Position numbers and translations under genes: made by a program
DNA from: Eledone cirrhosa
Lineage: Eukaryota
Assembly: GCA_964016885.1 (NCBI GenBank)
Contig: OZ024750.1
Coordinates: 11,842,001-11,906,000 of the forward strand
Reading direction: 5' to 3'
Length of the DNA: 64,000 nucleotides
The notes under the pieces: model-generated
Told to the model about the DNA's origin: nothing
Seen by the model: only the letters and a program-made list of their open reading frames with translations
The model's database searches: none
Part shown: positions 1 to 12,021 of the stretch, one piece after another
Numbering within the stretch: the first letter of the stretch is position 1
Layout of the letters: each line of letters opens with the position of its first letter

Positions 1-429
1 GTAAACAAAAACAAAAATCCAGATGAATATTTTTATTTAAATTAAAAAATATATATATTTATTTTAGTAAATTTCTAACATGGTTGTTTTAAATATTGTT
101 AGTAATGTTAGTTTTATATAATGTTCTGTAATTGTTGACTGGAATACAAATAACCCAAAACTACTGCCTAACCCATGCAAGTGTGGAAAAACGGATGTTG
201 ATGATGATTACTCAATTTAATTCTATTTTTATTTCCTTAAACTAAGAAAACTAAAAAGAAACAAATTTATTCTTTTAACGTTTTACCTCATTGTAGTCAC
301 CACACCCATTTGGTATTCAAATTCTTCAAATCTAGCTGCGATATGAAGTTTTGTTACCCTCTTACCTATGGTATGCTAGAAGCAACCTGGCCAAAACTAC
401 CCCTAGTTCTAAATATATAACTGCTTGTT

Positions 430-1040
430 TTAACCTTTTAGTTACCAACCTGGCTAAAACCAGCTCTGGTTCTATGAAATAAAACCACCGATTTTAAAGG
501 TTTCCAATTCAAATTAAAATCTTCCAACATAATTTTATATAAGAACTTTACATTAAGTTACTATCTTAGTAATGAAATAGTTAATCATTTTAGTAAATCT
601 CTCAAAATTTGAAACAAAGTATATTTCATTAGAAATGTGGTCACAAAAGGGAATGGGACATGACATGGCATGGCATGGCATACTTCTATCGATTAACCCT
701 TTAGCATTTGAACCAGCCATATCTGGCCAAAATTGTCTCACCTCTTTCTATTCAAACCAACTGTAAGCCGCCGCTCAAACTGACGTTAAGGTATTGTTCT
801 CAAAATATATAATATCAAAATCTCGTAGATTCGATATTATGTGAGATAATTATGTAAGGTAATTAATTTACCACAAAATGTGAGGTAATTTACCACAAAA
901 ATACAAAAGTTTATATAGAGTAATGTAAATGCTATTTTAATAATGAAATAATTAATAATTTTTTGTAAATCTCTCGAAATTCATTATTAATTAATTAAAA
1001 TAGAGTGTATTACATTAGAAATGCAGTCATGAAAGGGTTG
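430..1040 (+). mobile_element. Cluster of piggyBac-type MITE copies (family B 430-650, family A 692-935, family B 3' part 940-1040)
   Basis: TTAACC(C)TTT starts; internal sequence shared with copies at 12203, 24106, 45476 and 50927. Confidence 0.7.
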
Positions 1041-1440
1041 AATCACACAAAAGATTGAGTCTGTTTTAGTTTTATAATTGTTTTTATATTTAACACTACA
1101 AATGTTTAAAATATATGTTAGATTTTACACACCCAAGTATACACGCATACACACACACCCCCCAACCCCTACATGTTTGGTTTTCCATGGAATTATGTCG
1201 AGGATATGCTACACATCATATGAGGAATGTTTCATATTTTGCATCAAAACTAACATTTCCCTTTTTTTTTCAAAGATAAATATTTTGATGTTTCTTAGAA
1301 AAACATTCTTGAGGTAAAGAAGAATAAGAAAAAAGGGAAGGGAGACAGAGAATAGAAATTTTACTTCATTGATAATTTGAATTGAGTCCAGTATTTTAAA
1401 ATTAACATTCCTTACTTCTTAATAATAATAATAATAATAG

Positions 1441-1852
1441 TGATTTCTAGTATAGGCACAAGACTAGGGGAGAGGAGAAAGTTGATTAAATCTACCCAGT
1501 ACGTTACTGGTACTTTATTTTATTGACTCTGTAAGGATGAAAGGCAAAGCTAACCTCGGCGAGATTTGAACTCATAACGTAAAGGGTCGTAACTCTATGT
1601 CGCTAAGCACGTTGTCCGACGCTCTACCGATCTTGCCAATCCACCACTAATAATAATAATAACAATAATTGTTTATTTCTACTTTTGGCACAAGACCAGC
1701 AATTATCCCAGTGCATTACTGGTACTTTATTTTATCGACCCCCGTAAGGATGAAAGGCAAAGTTAACCTCCGCAGGATTTGAACTCAGACCGTAAAGGGG
1801 CGTAACTCCATGCTGAAAAGCATGGCGTCTGACCCTTTACCGATACTGCCAA
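1441..1852 (-). mobile_element. Two tandem tRNA-derived SINEs (type 1)
   Basis: Reverse strand has A-box-like TGGCA..ATCGGTAGAGC, B-box GAGTTCAAATC and core GCCTTTCATCCTTACGGGGTCGATAAAATAAAGTACCAG (resembles the Nin/Deu central domain from memory); (TAA)n flanks. Confidence 0.85.
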
Positions 1853-2845
1853 GCAATAATAATAGGAACAACAACAACAATAATCATAATAATGATGATA
1901 ACAATAACAATAACAATAATAACAACAATAATAATAATAGTTTTTACTTTATCTTGAGCATTTATTTTATCCAGTATGTAATTGTTTGATGACGGAGAGC
2001 GAAGATTTATGAGAGATCTTTGTATCTTTAATCAGTAATCTTTTCCTTTATTTGAGTTGACTAACTAAAGTGATGACACCTCCTCCTTGAATTTTTCTTG
2101 TATTTGTAAACCTTTAACATGTTTCAAGAGATTGTATTTACCACGTTGGTGTAGTAAGTTTCTATCACATCTCATCACGGTATTTACAATATACTTTTGA
2201 GTAAGACACATGACTTTATGTGGCTCTGTTTGGCTGTCAATTATTTATTTAATCTGTTGATGATCAACAGTTTTTGACTTTGGGCCAAGAATTTCAGTTA
2301 CTCCTGCTTCTGGAAAACATCTCATATATTTATTTATTAGAAGTACTTACAATCTGCTATCCTCCGTATTCAGCTTATTTAACATAGTACCACACACACA
2401 TAGCACCACACACACACATACACATTTATACACACACCCTCGTCTCTCTGTATGAATTGGATGAGTCATTCAACAATAAGACAAAAAGCTTAGTAGTATT
2501 TGTTCCGTCTCTCTGCACTCTGAGTTGAAATCTTATCAAGGTCAAATTTACCTTTTGGGGATCGATAAAATGAAATATTGATCCAAGGTGGTGGGTTGGT
2601 CGATTGTTATAGTATTGGATGAGATTCCTTGAGGTTTTTATTCTGACTCTTTGTGCATTCAGAGATTAAATCCTATTGCTGCATATTTGAGTGGTAGACT
2701 AGTTAAATCTGTTGCCCAGTCTGACACCAGCATCTGGCCTTTGACTACCTTTAGCAGAGGCTACTTTTTTTGCCAGCATTTGAGCCTGGTTTCCAGTTTG
2801 AGGGTGTCTTCCTCCTTACAACTAATCTTGGTGGATCTAACTCCT

Positions 2846-3320
2846 TATAACTAGTCTTGGGGGCTCTGACTTCTTTCAACTAGTCTTAGAGGCTCTGACA
2901 CCTTACAACTAGTCTTAGAGGCTCTGACACTTTACAACTAGTCTTAGACACTTTACAACTAGTCTTAGAGGCTCTGACACCTTACAACTTGTCTTAAAGG
3001 CTCTGACACCTTACAACTTGTCTTAAAGGCTCTGACACCTTACAACTAGTCTTAGAGGCTCTGACACCTTACAACTAGTCTTAGAGGCTCTGACACCTTA
3101 CAACTTGTCTTAAAGGCTCTGACACCTTACAACTAGTCTTAGAGGCTCTGACACCTTACAACTAGTCTTAGAGGCTCTGACACCTTACAACTTGTCTTAA
3201 AGGCTCTGACACCTTACAACTAGTCTTAGAGGCTCTGACACCTTACAACTTGTCTTAGAGGCTCTGATTCTTGCAACTAGTCTTAGATGCTCTGACACCT
3301 TACAACTAGTCTTAGGGGCT
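2846..3320. repeat. 29-bp minisatellite (ACAACTAGTCTTAGAGGCTCTGACACCTT), ~16 copies
   Basis: Direct tandem periodicity. Confidence 0.95.
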
Positions 3321-3494
3321 CAGAAAAGAGTCCTGAGTATTGCCTTTCTTTCCCTGGTTAAGCAGTAGAAAAAAAATACAAAATAATGTTTGTGTGCTTA
3401 GCATCGTAGCAATTACTGTTGTCACTGTTCTATCATTCTAACCACCAGTTTAGCATCAATTGTTTTTAAAATGCCAATATAGATTAATATGACT

Positions 3495-3625
3495 GTAATG
3501 CAGCATCTGTGCATATGACTGTGATGCTGCAGTATATTTGCATATGTTTGTGATGCACCATATGTGCATATGTCTGATACAGTATATGTGCATATGTTTG
3601 TGATGCAGCATCTGTGCATATGTTT
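3495..3625. repeat. Degenerate ~26-bp tandem repeat (TGATGCAGCATCTGTGCATATGTTTG)
   Basis: About 5 imperfect copies. Confidence 0.7.
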
Positions 3626-4561
3626 TATAATGTAATTAGACATTCCAAAACAAAGTGAGTAGACAATAGCTGGGCTATGGTTTTGTGGTCTTCTCTGTCT
3701 TAACATCCAACTGGAAAACTTATGCTGAATTATGTGAAACTACTACCACCACCACCACCATCGCTACCATACCAAGGTGTCATGCGGTGGGATTTAACGT
3801 GAAATCACATAGTTTTGCAGTGAACTTTTCTAACCACACAGCTATCCCTGCACCCATAAAAAAAAACCATGAAAATTAATAACAATGGCAGGGAAGCAGC
3901 AAATAAATATATTAGGGTTTTACTTTTTTGGAATTATTGAAAGGGTGAAGTTGTTTAAAATGATAGACTTTCAGTCACATAATTAAAGTTAATGAATAAT
4001 AAATATATGACTAATAATATATAGTTTATAACGAGATGAGTCATATTTTCCATTCTGACGTCAACCCAGGTATAGAATTAGAACATATTTTCCAGGCTTT
4101 TTTTAAAATTAGGATAATTATTGACATGTTTTATCAAAATTAGAATGAAGACATTTTTATGTTGCTTGATTCAAAATTCCAGTTTAGAACCTGGAAGGTC
4201 TGAGTTTAAAAGTGTAATGTTGAATAATCTTTGAATCAAATATTAAATAATAATGGTTTCTGATTTAGGCACAAGGCCAATAATTTGAAGGGAAAGGGAA
4301 AGTCGATTAAATCGACCCTAGTGCATTACTGGTACTTTATTTTATCATGTAAGTATGAAAGGTAAAGATCTGTATTTTGGCTTGGTTTCTATGTCTGGAT
4401 GTCTGAGACAAGTCAGGTCAAGAGACCACATCATGCTCATATAGATCAGTATTTTGGCTTGGTTTCTAAAAACTGCAGAAAGAGTGGAAAAATGAGCCGC
4501 TATCAGAGCAAAAGATAGCAATATAGCGAGGAGCACTGGGAAACCTCTCTAATAATTTTTG

Positions 4562-4983
4562 AGGCAGGCCAGCACGCTCGCAACGTTACCTGGAGTGATG
4601 GCAAGGCTGAGGTGCTGGAACAACCAAGCGCCCTCACGAGCATCACCAGTTACCTCTGTTTGGCGAGCCGCCAGTGAAGATAAGAATCTCTGTCAGTAGC
4701 CCCCTCCCTTGAACACCACAGGCTGGATAATATAGTTAACTGACAGAACACGGTATTTTAGGATTTTGTTCTGTTCAGCTGCGGATGCTGTAGCTCTCGC
4801 CCTTACCGCTGCATCCAGAATGTGGGAAGAAGCAAAAGAGTCACTAACTGTGACGTCCCAGCTAAGCCACCTGCCTCTTGACCAGGAGCAGAGAGTAAGA
4901 CCGTCAAGTCTTTTCCCATCAATTCAGGACAACCCAGATGGTTCCAAAATTGAGGGGATGTTTGCCCGGGGTAAAGCTCTTGA
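4562..4983 (-). mobile_element. Degraded CRE-like non-LTR retrotransposon, restriction-like endonuclease domain
   Basis: Minus-strand translation RANIPSILEPSGLS*IDGKRLDGLTLCSWSRGRWLSWDVTVSDSFASSH...KILKY...TGDAREGAWLFQHLSLAITPGNVASVL matches the CRE-type motif pattern (DGKRPDG..PW..G....WD.T; QR.S.AIQRGNAASV); contains a stop and a frameshift. Confidence 0.8.
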
Positions 4984-5149
4984 GTAGTAATAGGACAGTG
5001 TGTGCATGTGCGCGTGTGTGAGTTTGTCGGCGTTCTTAAATTAGAGACACGTGTGTGTGTGTCACTGTTTTTAAGTTAGACATATATATGTGTGTATCCC
5101 TTTCCTTCCTTTTACACACACATACACATTGCGTGATGAAGTCTCTCAA

Positions 5150-5572
5150 ATTTATATACATGTGAATGGAGTTCTACTGAAGCAGTTAGAGAAGTTCAAG
5201 TATCTTGGAGCCGTGTTCATGAGTGATGGATTGCAGGAGGCTGAATTAAGTGCAAGAATTGCAAAAGCTGATGCAGTAATGCTCCAGCCTTAGCATTCAG
5301 CAATCAGATGAAGGTGGGTAAGTGTAAAAGCCAAACTCGCTGTCTTTCTGGTATTCCTGCCAACTCTTACCGAGGATCATGAATCTTGAGTAATGACCAA
5401 AAGAATACAATTGCAAATAAAAGTGGCAGAAATGGGATTCCTCGATAAAGTGCATAACTCAGAGACCAGAGAGTCACTCCTGGTAGAGCCGCTACTTCTC
5501 TGAATTGAGAGATCACAACTCCGATATTATGAGCATGTGGTTAGAATGTCTCAGTAAAGAATCGCTGGACAC
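5150..5572 (+). mobile_element. Degraded RTE-clade LINE, C-terminal reverse transcriptase region
   Basis: VNGVLLKQLEKFKYLGAVFMSDG...ARIAKADAVM...KAKLAVF..LPTLT..HES*VMTKRI..QI.VAEMGFL, typical of RTE/Expander-like elements; stops present. Confidence 0.85.
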
Positions 5573-5574
5573 AT

Positions 5575-5760
5575 AATAAATAATTATTGCGGGTAAATGG
5601 TGGGTAAAATAATTATTGTGGGTAGTGTTAGGTAAAATAAGTATTGTGGGTAAAATGGTGGGTAAAATGATTATTGTGTGTAAAATGGTAGGTAAAATGG
5701 TTATTGTGGGTAAGTGGGTAGGTAACATAATAATATTGGGTAAAATTGTGGGTAAATTGG
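5575..5760. repeat. Degenerate tandem repeat (GGTAAAATGGTGGGTAAAATAATTATTGTG)
   Basis: Imperfect periodicity directly after the RTE fragment. Confidence 0.75.
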
Positions 5761-6483
5761 GCATCGTTCATCGTTCACCCAATAGAGCTTGGTGACCCAG
5801 CAGGGATTGTTGTCGTCTTAACAAAAGTACCTCACCCTACTGCTACTCCATTCTGCATATACAGGGCTTCTCAGTTCAGTTAGCAGGGTGCTCGATATTC
5901 TCCAAAATCTACCTCAACCGAGATAATCATCAATTACCTGTACTAGATGATAACATGTAAATACAATTTAATACAAAAAGAAAAAAGAAAATTTAGATTG
6001 AGAAGAAAGAATGGAATGTAAAATAAGAAAATATTTTAAAAAAACGGAAAAAGAAAAATATGGCAAGGGCTCTAGTTTTTATAAAAGAAGACAACACCCC
6101 ATAAGCTAGAAATATTGTGAAATATCAAACTGTTTTATTTCAGATGTAACTCCACAGAGAAGAAAATGTTCTTTATTTCTTTTGTTGTTATTTTTACTTT
6201 CCTTTTAAATGTATTATCAGACAAGAGAGTATCTTTGAGTGAATTCCATGTGCTAAAGGTAGGTTAACTGACTAATAATAATCACTCTACTAGTTTGTAG
6301 ATGAGCACACCTTTCACCTGTCAGCTGGAGTTATATGTAGGATTCTACTGACTGTTGTTGTAACAAAGTTATAAAGTAGAAAATGTTGGTTTTTACACCT
6401 GAAAACCAATGTACTATTGAAGAGCACTACACTTTCCAGTTTGTTGTTAGACCAGACACATTATTATTATTGTTATTATTCAC

Positions 6484-7661
6484 GTTTGATGTTAGTCTAG
6501 ATATTAAAATAACTGGCCTAACCAAGTTTGATGTTAGTCTAGATATTAAAATAACTGGCCTAATTGAGTTTGATGTTAGTCTGGATATTAAAATAACTGG
6601 CCTAATTGAGTTTGATGTTAGTCTAGATATTAAAATAGCTGGCCTAATTGAGTTTGATGTTAGTCTAGATATTAAAATAACTGGCCTAACCAAGTTTTAT
6701 GGTAGACTAGATATTAAAATAACTGGCCTAACTGAGTTTGATGTTAGTCTAGATATTAAAATAACTGGCCTGAGTTTGATGTTAGTCTAGATATTAAAAT
6801 AACTGGCCTAATTGAGTTTGATGTTAGTCTAGATATTAAAATAACTGGCCTAACCACGTTTGATGGTAGACTAGATATTAAAATAACTGGCCTAACTGAG
6901 TTTGATGTTAGTCTAGATATTAAAATAACTGGCCTGAGTTTGATGTTAGTCTAGATATTAAAATAACTGGCCTGAGTTTGATGTTAGTCTAGATATTAAA
7001 ATAACTGGCCTGAATTTGATGTTAGTCTAGATATTAAAATAACTGGCCTGAGTTTGATGTTAGTCTAGATATTAAAATAACTGGCCTAATTGAGTTTGAT
7101 GGTAGACTAGATATTAAAATAACTGGCCTGAGTTTGATGTTAGTCTAGATATTAAAATAACTGGCCTCACCAAGTTTGATGTTAGTCTAGATATTAAAAT
7201 AACTGGCCTAACCAAGTTTGATGGTAGACTAGATATTAAAATAACTGGCCTGAGTTTGATGTTAGTCTAGATATTAAAATAACTGGCCTAATTGAGTTTG
7301 ATGGTAGACTAGATATTAAAATATCTGGCCTGAGTTTGATGTTAGTCTAGATATTAAAATAACTGGCCTAACCAAGTTTGATGGTAGACTAGATATTAAA
7401 ATAACTGGCCTAACCAAGTTTGATGTTAGTCTAGATATTAAAATAACTGGCCTAACCAAGTTTGATGTTAGTCTAGATATTAAAATAACTGGCCTAACCA
7501 AGTTTGATGTTAGTCTAGATATTAAAATAACTGGCCTGAGTTTGATGTTAGTCTAGATATTAAAATAACTGGCCTGAGTTTGATGTTAGTCTAGATATTA
7601 AAATAACTGGCCTAACCAAGTTTGATGGTAGACTAGATATTAAAATAACTGGCCTAACCAA
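6484..7661. repeat. 42/38-bp minisatellite (GTTTGATGTTAGTCTAGATATTAAAATAACTGGCCT[AACCAA/GA]), ~29 copies
   Basis: Tandem array with two interspersed length variants; no unique spacers. Confidence 0.97.
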
Positions 7662-8148
7662 GAGATCTATATTATGTGTATATACTTTATAGAAAACATA
7701 AACATAGTTATCTAATACCTATTTAAAAACTGTGTATATATATACATATATATATATTATAACCAGCATCATCATTTAACATCCATTTTCCACGCTAGTC
7801 CAACTCATGTGTGGAAAAATGGACATAAAAACGATGATGATGATGATGTCATGCTAATGAAGTTTATATATTTACATCTGTTATGAATTTTCCAATTAAC
7901 TGACAGTTAGACTTGAATTGGCTAAGTCTCATAGTAAACTGAACTCCAAGTAGTCATTGATTAAATAAACAGATGATAGGCTGGCTACAGCTTAGTATTT
8001 AGTATTTCAAGGTTGCAGTAATGTTTGTCAATAAATAATTGACAAACATTGCTGCTGTTTAGTAATTAACAAAGAACAGTGAGTAATTATTTGGTGTGGG
8101 GAGGGGGGATATCACAAAACAGGGTTCCTTAGATGATGGGGTGTAGTG

Positions 8149-8627
8149 TTAACCCTTTAACATTTACATTACTCTATATTTACTATTATATTTTCATGGT
8201 AAAGGCTTTATCTCACATAATTATCTCACATAATATTGAATCTATGAGAATTTGATATTATTTATTTTGAGATCAATACCTTAAAATCAGTATGAGTGGC
8301 CGGTTACAGCTGGTTTGAACTGAAAGAGGTGAGAGAATTCTGGCTGGATATGGCCAGTTTATATAACAATCATTTGTTAACCTTTTTGATACCAAACTAC
8401 CTGAAACCAGCTCAGGTTCTATAATACTAACCTTTTTATATTAAACTGTTTAAATAACTTCCATTAAATTTTATGAAAGAATCTCTGTTAAATTATGTTT
8501 CAAACACCAATTGAATAATGTGAAAGTAAGTTATTTTACTAAATTCCTACAAATTCTTGGTTATTTTCAGAATTAATTGAAACACATAGGCAGTGTATTT
8601 CATTAGAAATATATTAACAAATGGGTT
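8149..8627. mobile_element. piggyBac-type MITE copies (family A reversed, family B forward)
   Basis: TTAACCCTTT ends; similar to the 45476 and 12203 copies. Confidence 0.6.
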
Positions 8628-8740
8628 GTTCAAATCCCGCCGAGGTTAACTTTGCCTTTCATCCTTACGGGGTCGATAAAATAAAGTACCAGTAATGCAC
8701 TGGGTAATTGCTGGCCTTGTGCCAAAAGTAGAAACAATTA
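8628..8740 (+). mobile_element. 5'-truncated type 1 SINE
   Basis: GTTCAAATCCCGCCGAGGTTAACTTTGCCTTTCATCCTTACGGGGTCGATAAAATAAAGTACCAG. Confidence 0.8.
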
Positions 8741-9207
8741 TAATTACCATCTTGATAATGAAGTAATTATTAAATTTAGTAAATTCTTCATTAATTAATT
8801 GAAACACGGTGTATGTCATTAGAAATATGGTCATGAAATGGTTAAGGAAAGAAAGAGAGACTGCAAAATTTTAACTTTTATCAAGTTTTTGATGTCTAAA
8901 ATTTATTGATATATTCTTGTTCAAATGCTTCAAGTGATTGTCTTGGTGTATCTAAATTTCTTCTTTCCCCACATACGTAATAAAATTCATTAAAATCCAA
9001 TAATTTAATCAATATCTTTGAATAAGATTAAACTTTTATCACTCAAACCTGATGTCAACTTTCCATTCATTTATTTTCTCTTATGTTTTTATTCTGAGAT
9101 TTTCAATTTGTGGTTTGCACTTTATCTAAAGAGGTTACAGATTCATTTAAGCTGATAAATTAAGACTTCATTGATAAATAAATATAAACCAAATCACACA
9201 CACATAT

Positions 9208-9344
9208 ATATTTAATATAGAAATGGCTTCTACAGGACTAGAACTGCTTCATTCAGGGGAATCAGGAAAACTCAGTGTTTTCCTGATGATTTCCTCCGAA
9301 TGAAACAGTTCTAGTCCTGTAGAAGTCATTTCTATATTAAATAT
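9208..9344. repeat. Fold-back palindromic element (related copy at ~15452-15557)
   Basis: Arms ATATTTAATATAGAAATGGCTTCTACAGGACTAGAACTGCTTCATTC / GAATGAAACAGTTCTAGTCCTGTAGAAGTCATTTCTATATTAAATAT, plus inner TCAGGAAAAC/GTTTTCCTGA. Confidence 0.9.
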
Positions 9345-10134
9345 TTATACTCTGCTATGTTTTGAGTACCTTACTTACTGTGGTTACCACCGATTGAACC
9401 TGGGATAAACATACACATATATATATATACACACTCACATACACACACATGCACACATATTCACACAGATATATATATATATATTTAAACACACATACAC
9501 ACACATATATATATATATATATAAAAGATGTTATTTTTTTGTTCACTTTAAAACAGTATATTATTAGTATTAGTGTTGTATCACATATTTGTAAAAGTCT
9601 GCCAACACTTGGGAAGATTATTATGATCACTTTGACCCTTTATCAGCAACATTACCATTTTATATCCATTTATCTCTGTTTATGTAACTGTATCATTCTT
9701 TTTCTCCACCTGTTTTAGATAAATTCTTCTCTGGATTTTACAGGTTTTTATTCAGCTTTAGATATCATTTTCCTGGCTTTCTTTGTTAATAAAAAAGAAA
9801 GAAATTAAGCTCTAAACTCTTGCCAGTACCATGAGAAATTCTTTCTTTTGGTATAGTGTGTATTTAAAGCAGCTATAATACAACTGCCACCTGACAATCT
9901 ATACCTTCTACTTTTCCTTGTAAAGCCATCATCTGTAACAGACTGTATGATTGCCAGAACTCATGTCTGTTAATAGTTTAAACTGGAGTTAAAAGAAAGT
10001 TGATCTGTATGTAATTAGTTTGCTTTACAGCCACTATAGTTCCAGGTTTGATCCAACAGTACAACATCTTGGACAACTATCTTCTACTATAGCCACAGAT
10101 TGAACAATGTCTTCTCAATGGATTAACTAGGCTA

Positions 10135-10314
10135 TTTATATAGCAGAAACTGTCAACTTCTGTCAGTTTACCTATGCTCCCACTGCTTATACAACAGAAA
10201 CTGTCAACTTCTGTCAGTTTACCTATGCTCCCACTGCTTATACAACAGAAACTGTCAACTTCTGTCAGTTTACCTATGCTCCCACTGCTTATACAACAGA
10301 AACTGTCAACTTCT
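10135..10314. repeat. 51-bp tandem repeat, ~3.5 copies
   Basis: CAGAAACTGTCAACTTCTGTCAGTTTACCTATGCTCCCACTGCTTATACAA. Confidence 0.95.
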
Positions 10315-10461
10315 AAGCAGTTTCCCTGGCATATGTAGGAATGTATAACAGTGAAACTTTTGTTAATTGTTCTACTGCATCTGCTGCATATGAAGTCTAC
10401 TTTATCTGTCAGCTATCCTATGATCTCACTATGCCTCTTATAAATTAATATATCTATCTAA

Positions 10462-10730
10462 GGATGGTGGATTGGCAGAGTTGGTAGAGCATCAGATAAA
10501 ATGTCATCACAGTATTTGTTCTGGTTGTTTATATTCTGAATTCAAAACATTTAATATTAAGTTACTAAAGGGTGGTGGGTTGGCAGAATTAGTAGAGCAA
10601 CATATAAAATGTCATTGTGGTATTTATTCTGACACTTTACATTCTTCAATTCAAATCCTGCCAAGGTCAACTTTTCCCTTCACCCTTCCTAGGTTGATAA
10701 AATAGAATACCAGTCATGTTGATTTAATCA
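10462..10730 (+). mobile_element. Diverged type 1 SINE with duplicated head
   Basis: Two GGTGG.TTGGCAGA.T..GTAGAGC heads, then TTCAAATCC and the core. Confidence 0.65.
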
Positions 10731-11926
10731 ACTTTGATAGAGCATCCTGAGATAAAACCCTGCCTGGGTCCACTTTGCCTTTTATTGGTCCAAATTTAAT
10801 AAAATAAACTCTGCAGTTGACGTGATCCACCATATTCTTGAAAACAGTTCCCCAGTATGGCCACATTCCAACAACTGAAGCCTGAATTATGATGTGATGA
10901 GGGAAGGATTTCTTTTTTTAATAAACACCTTTAAAAATCTTTTAGCAGCTAATTAATTGATCTAATTAAAGCTTCACCAACAGCGATAACTTCCTTAGTT
11001 TCCACATGTCTGCTACTATGAATACTAATTTGATGAAAAGTAGGTCTGCTGAGAAAGTTGGAATCTTAGAAGAAATCAGTGAAATGAATGTTTTGTGTAA
11101 GTAGTGAGATGGAGAAAAGCTTCAGCCAGACTCCTCACAAGAAACACAAGTAGAAATTCTTCTGGGTGGGTAACAAACAACTCTAGTATGAGTTGTATAA
11201 ATATTTTCTTAGTAAAGAAGTGGGTAGATGGAGTAATTCAGGTTGTTGTTATTGTTGTTTAACCCTGAGCAAGGAGTCCTATGATCAAAAGTGTTCAAAT
11301 TAAGACTATACTGCGTTTTTAAGTGTATTTAGAGATACATGGTCTAATGAGGTCTCTTTTTTTAAGATGATAGCATATGATTTTTATGAGGTTTACCTGA
11401 TATTTCTAGCAAATCAAGTGTAGGCACATGTCCTTGTGATAAAGGTGTTGGATTTATGATCATAATGTCATGGATTCGATTCCTGGACTGGGTTGTGTGT
11501 TGTTCTATAGATGGAGAGTACCACTGAGAGAGGAAGGCATTGGTTGTGGGGCAGATTTGTTGAGGTCAGATCTGAATATGTTGGACTTTGCCCAAGTGAT
11601 GATGGAAGATTTATACAACCAAGAATATTCTGACCAGCAAGTCTGTCTGGCAAGACTGTCCAACCCATACCAACATAGATAAATAACATTCAAACATTGA
11701 TGTTGATGACTGATGAAACAATTCTGGTGTCTGTGATATTAAAACAACAAGAATTGGAATATTCTAGATTGTTTCAAAACATTTTAATTATTTTCTTTTT
11801 AATATAAAAGATATTTTATAATCATCATAAACAACCCGAAATTCTATTTCTAAAATAAAAAAAAAAAGAATGAATATTTAAAATTTTATATTAAGTATCT
11901 TTATTTGTTTTCTTTTCTTATTGCAG

Positions 11927-12021
11927 CCCAAACTTTACACGAAAGATCTGCTTGATCTTGTGGCCTCGCATCTAAATTTAAAAGAAAAGGAATATTTTGG
12001 TCTATACTACTTGGATGAAAA
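11927..12021 (+). CDS. FRMD4A: FRMD4-like exon (FERM F1 lobe), 95 nt
   Basis: ttgcag|CCC...GAAAA|gtaaga; [31 protein letters not shown](K); phases 0-2. Confidence 0.95.

Noticed and set aside
1989-2012. ATGACGGAG as the upstream FRMD4 'MTEGR...' exon
   Set aside because: Reads MTESEDL then stop, with no LLD..L.L.VQ motif; the preceding coding exon appears to lie outside the window.
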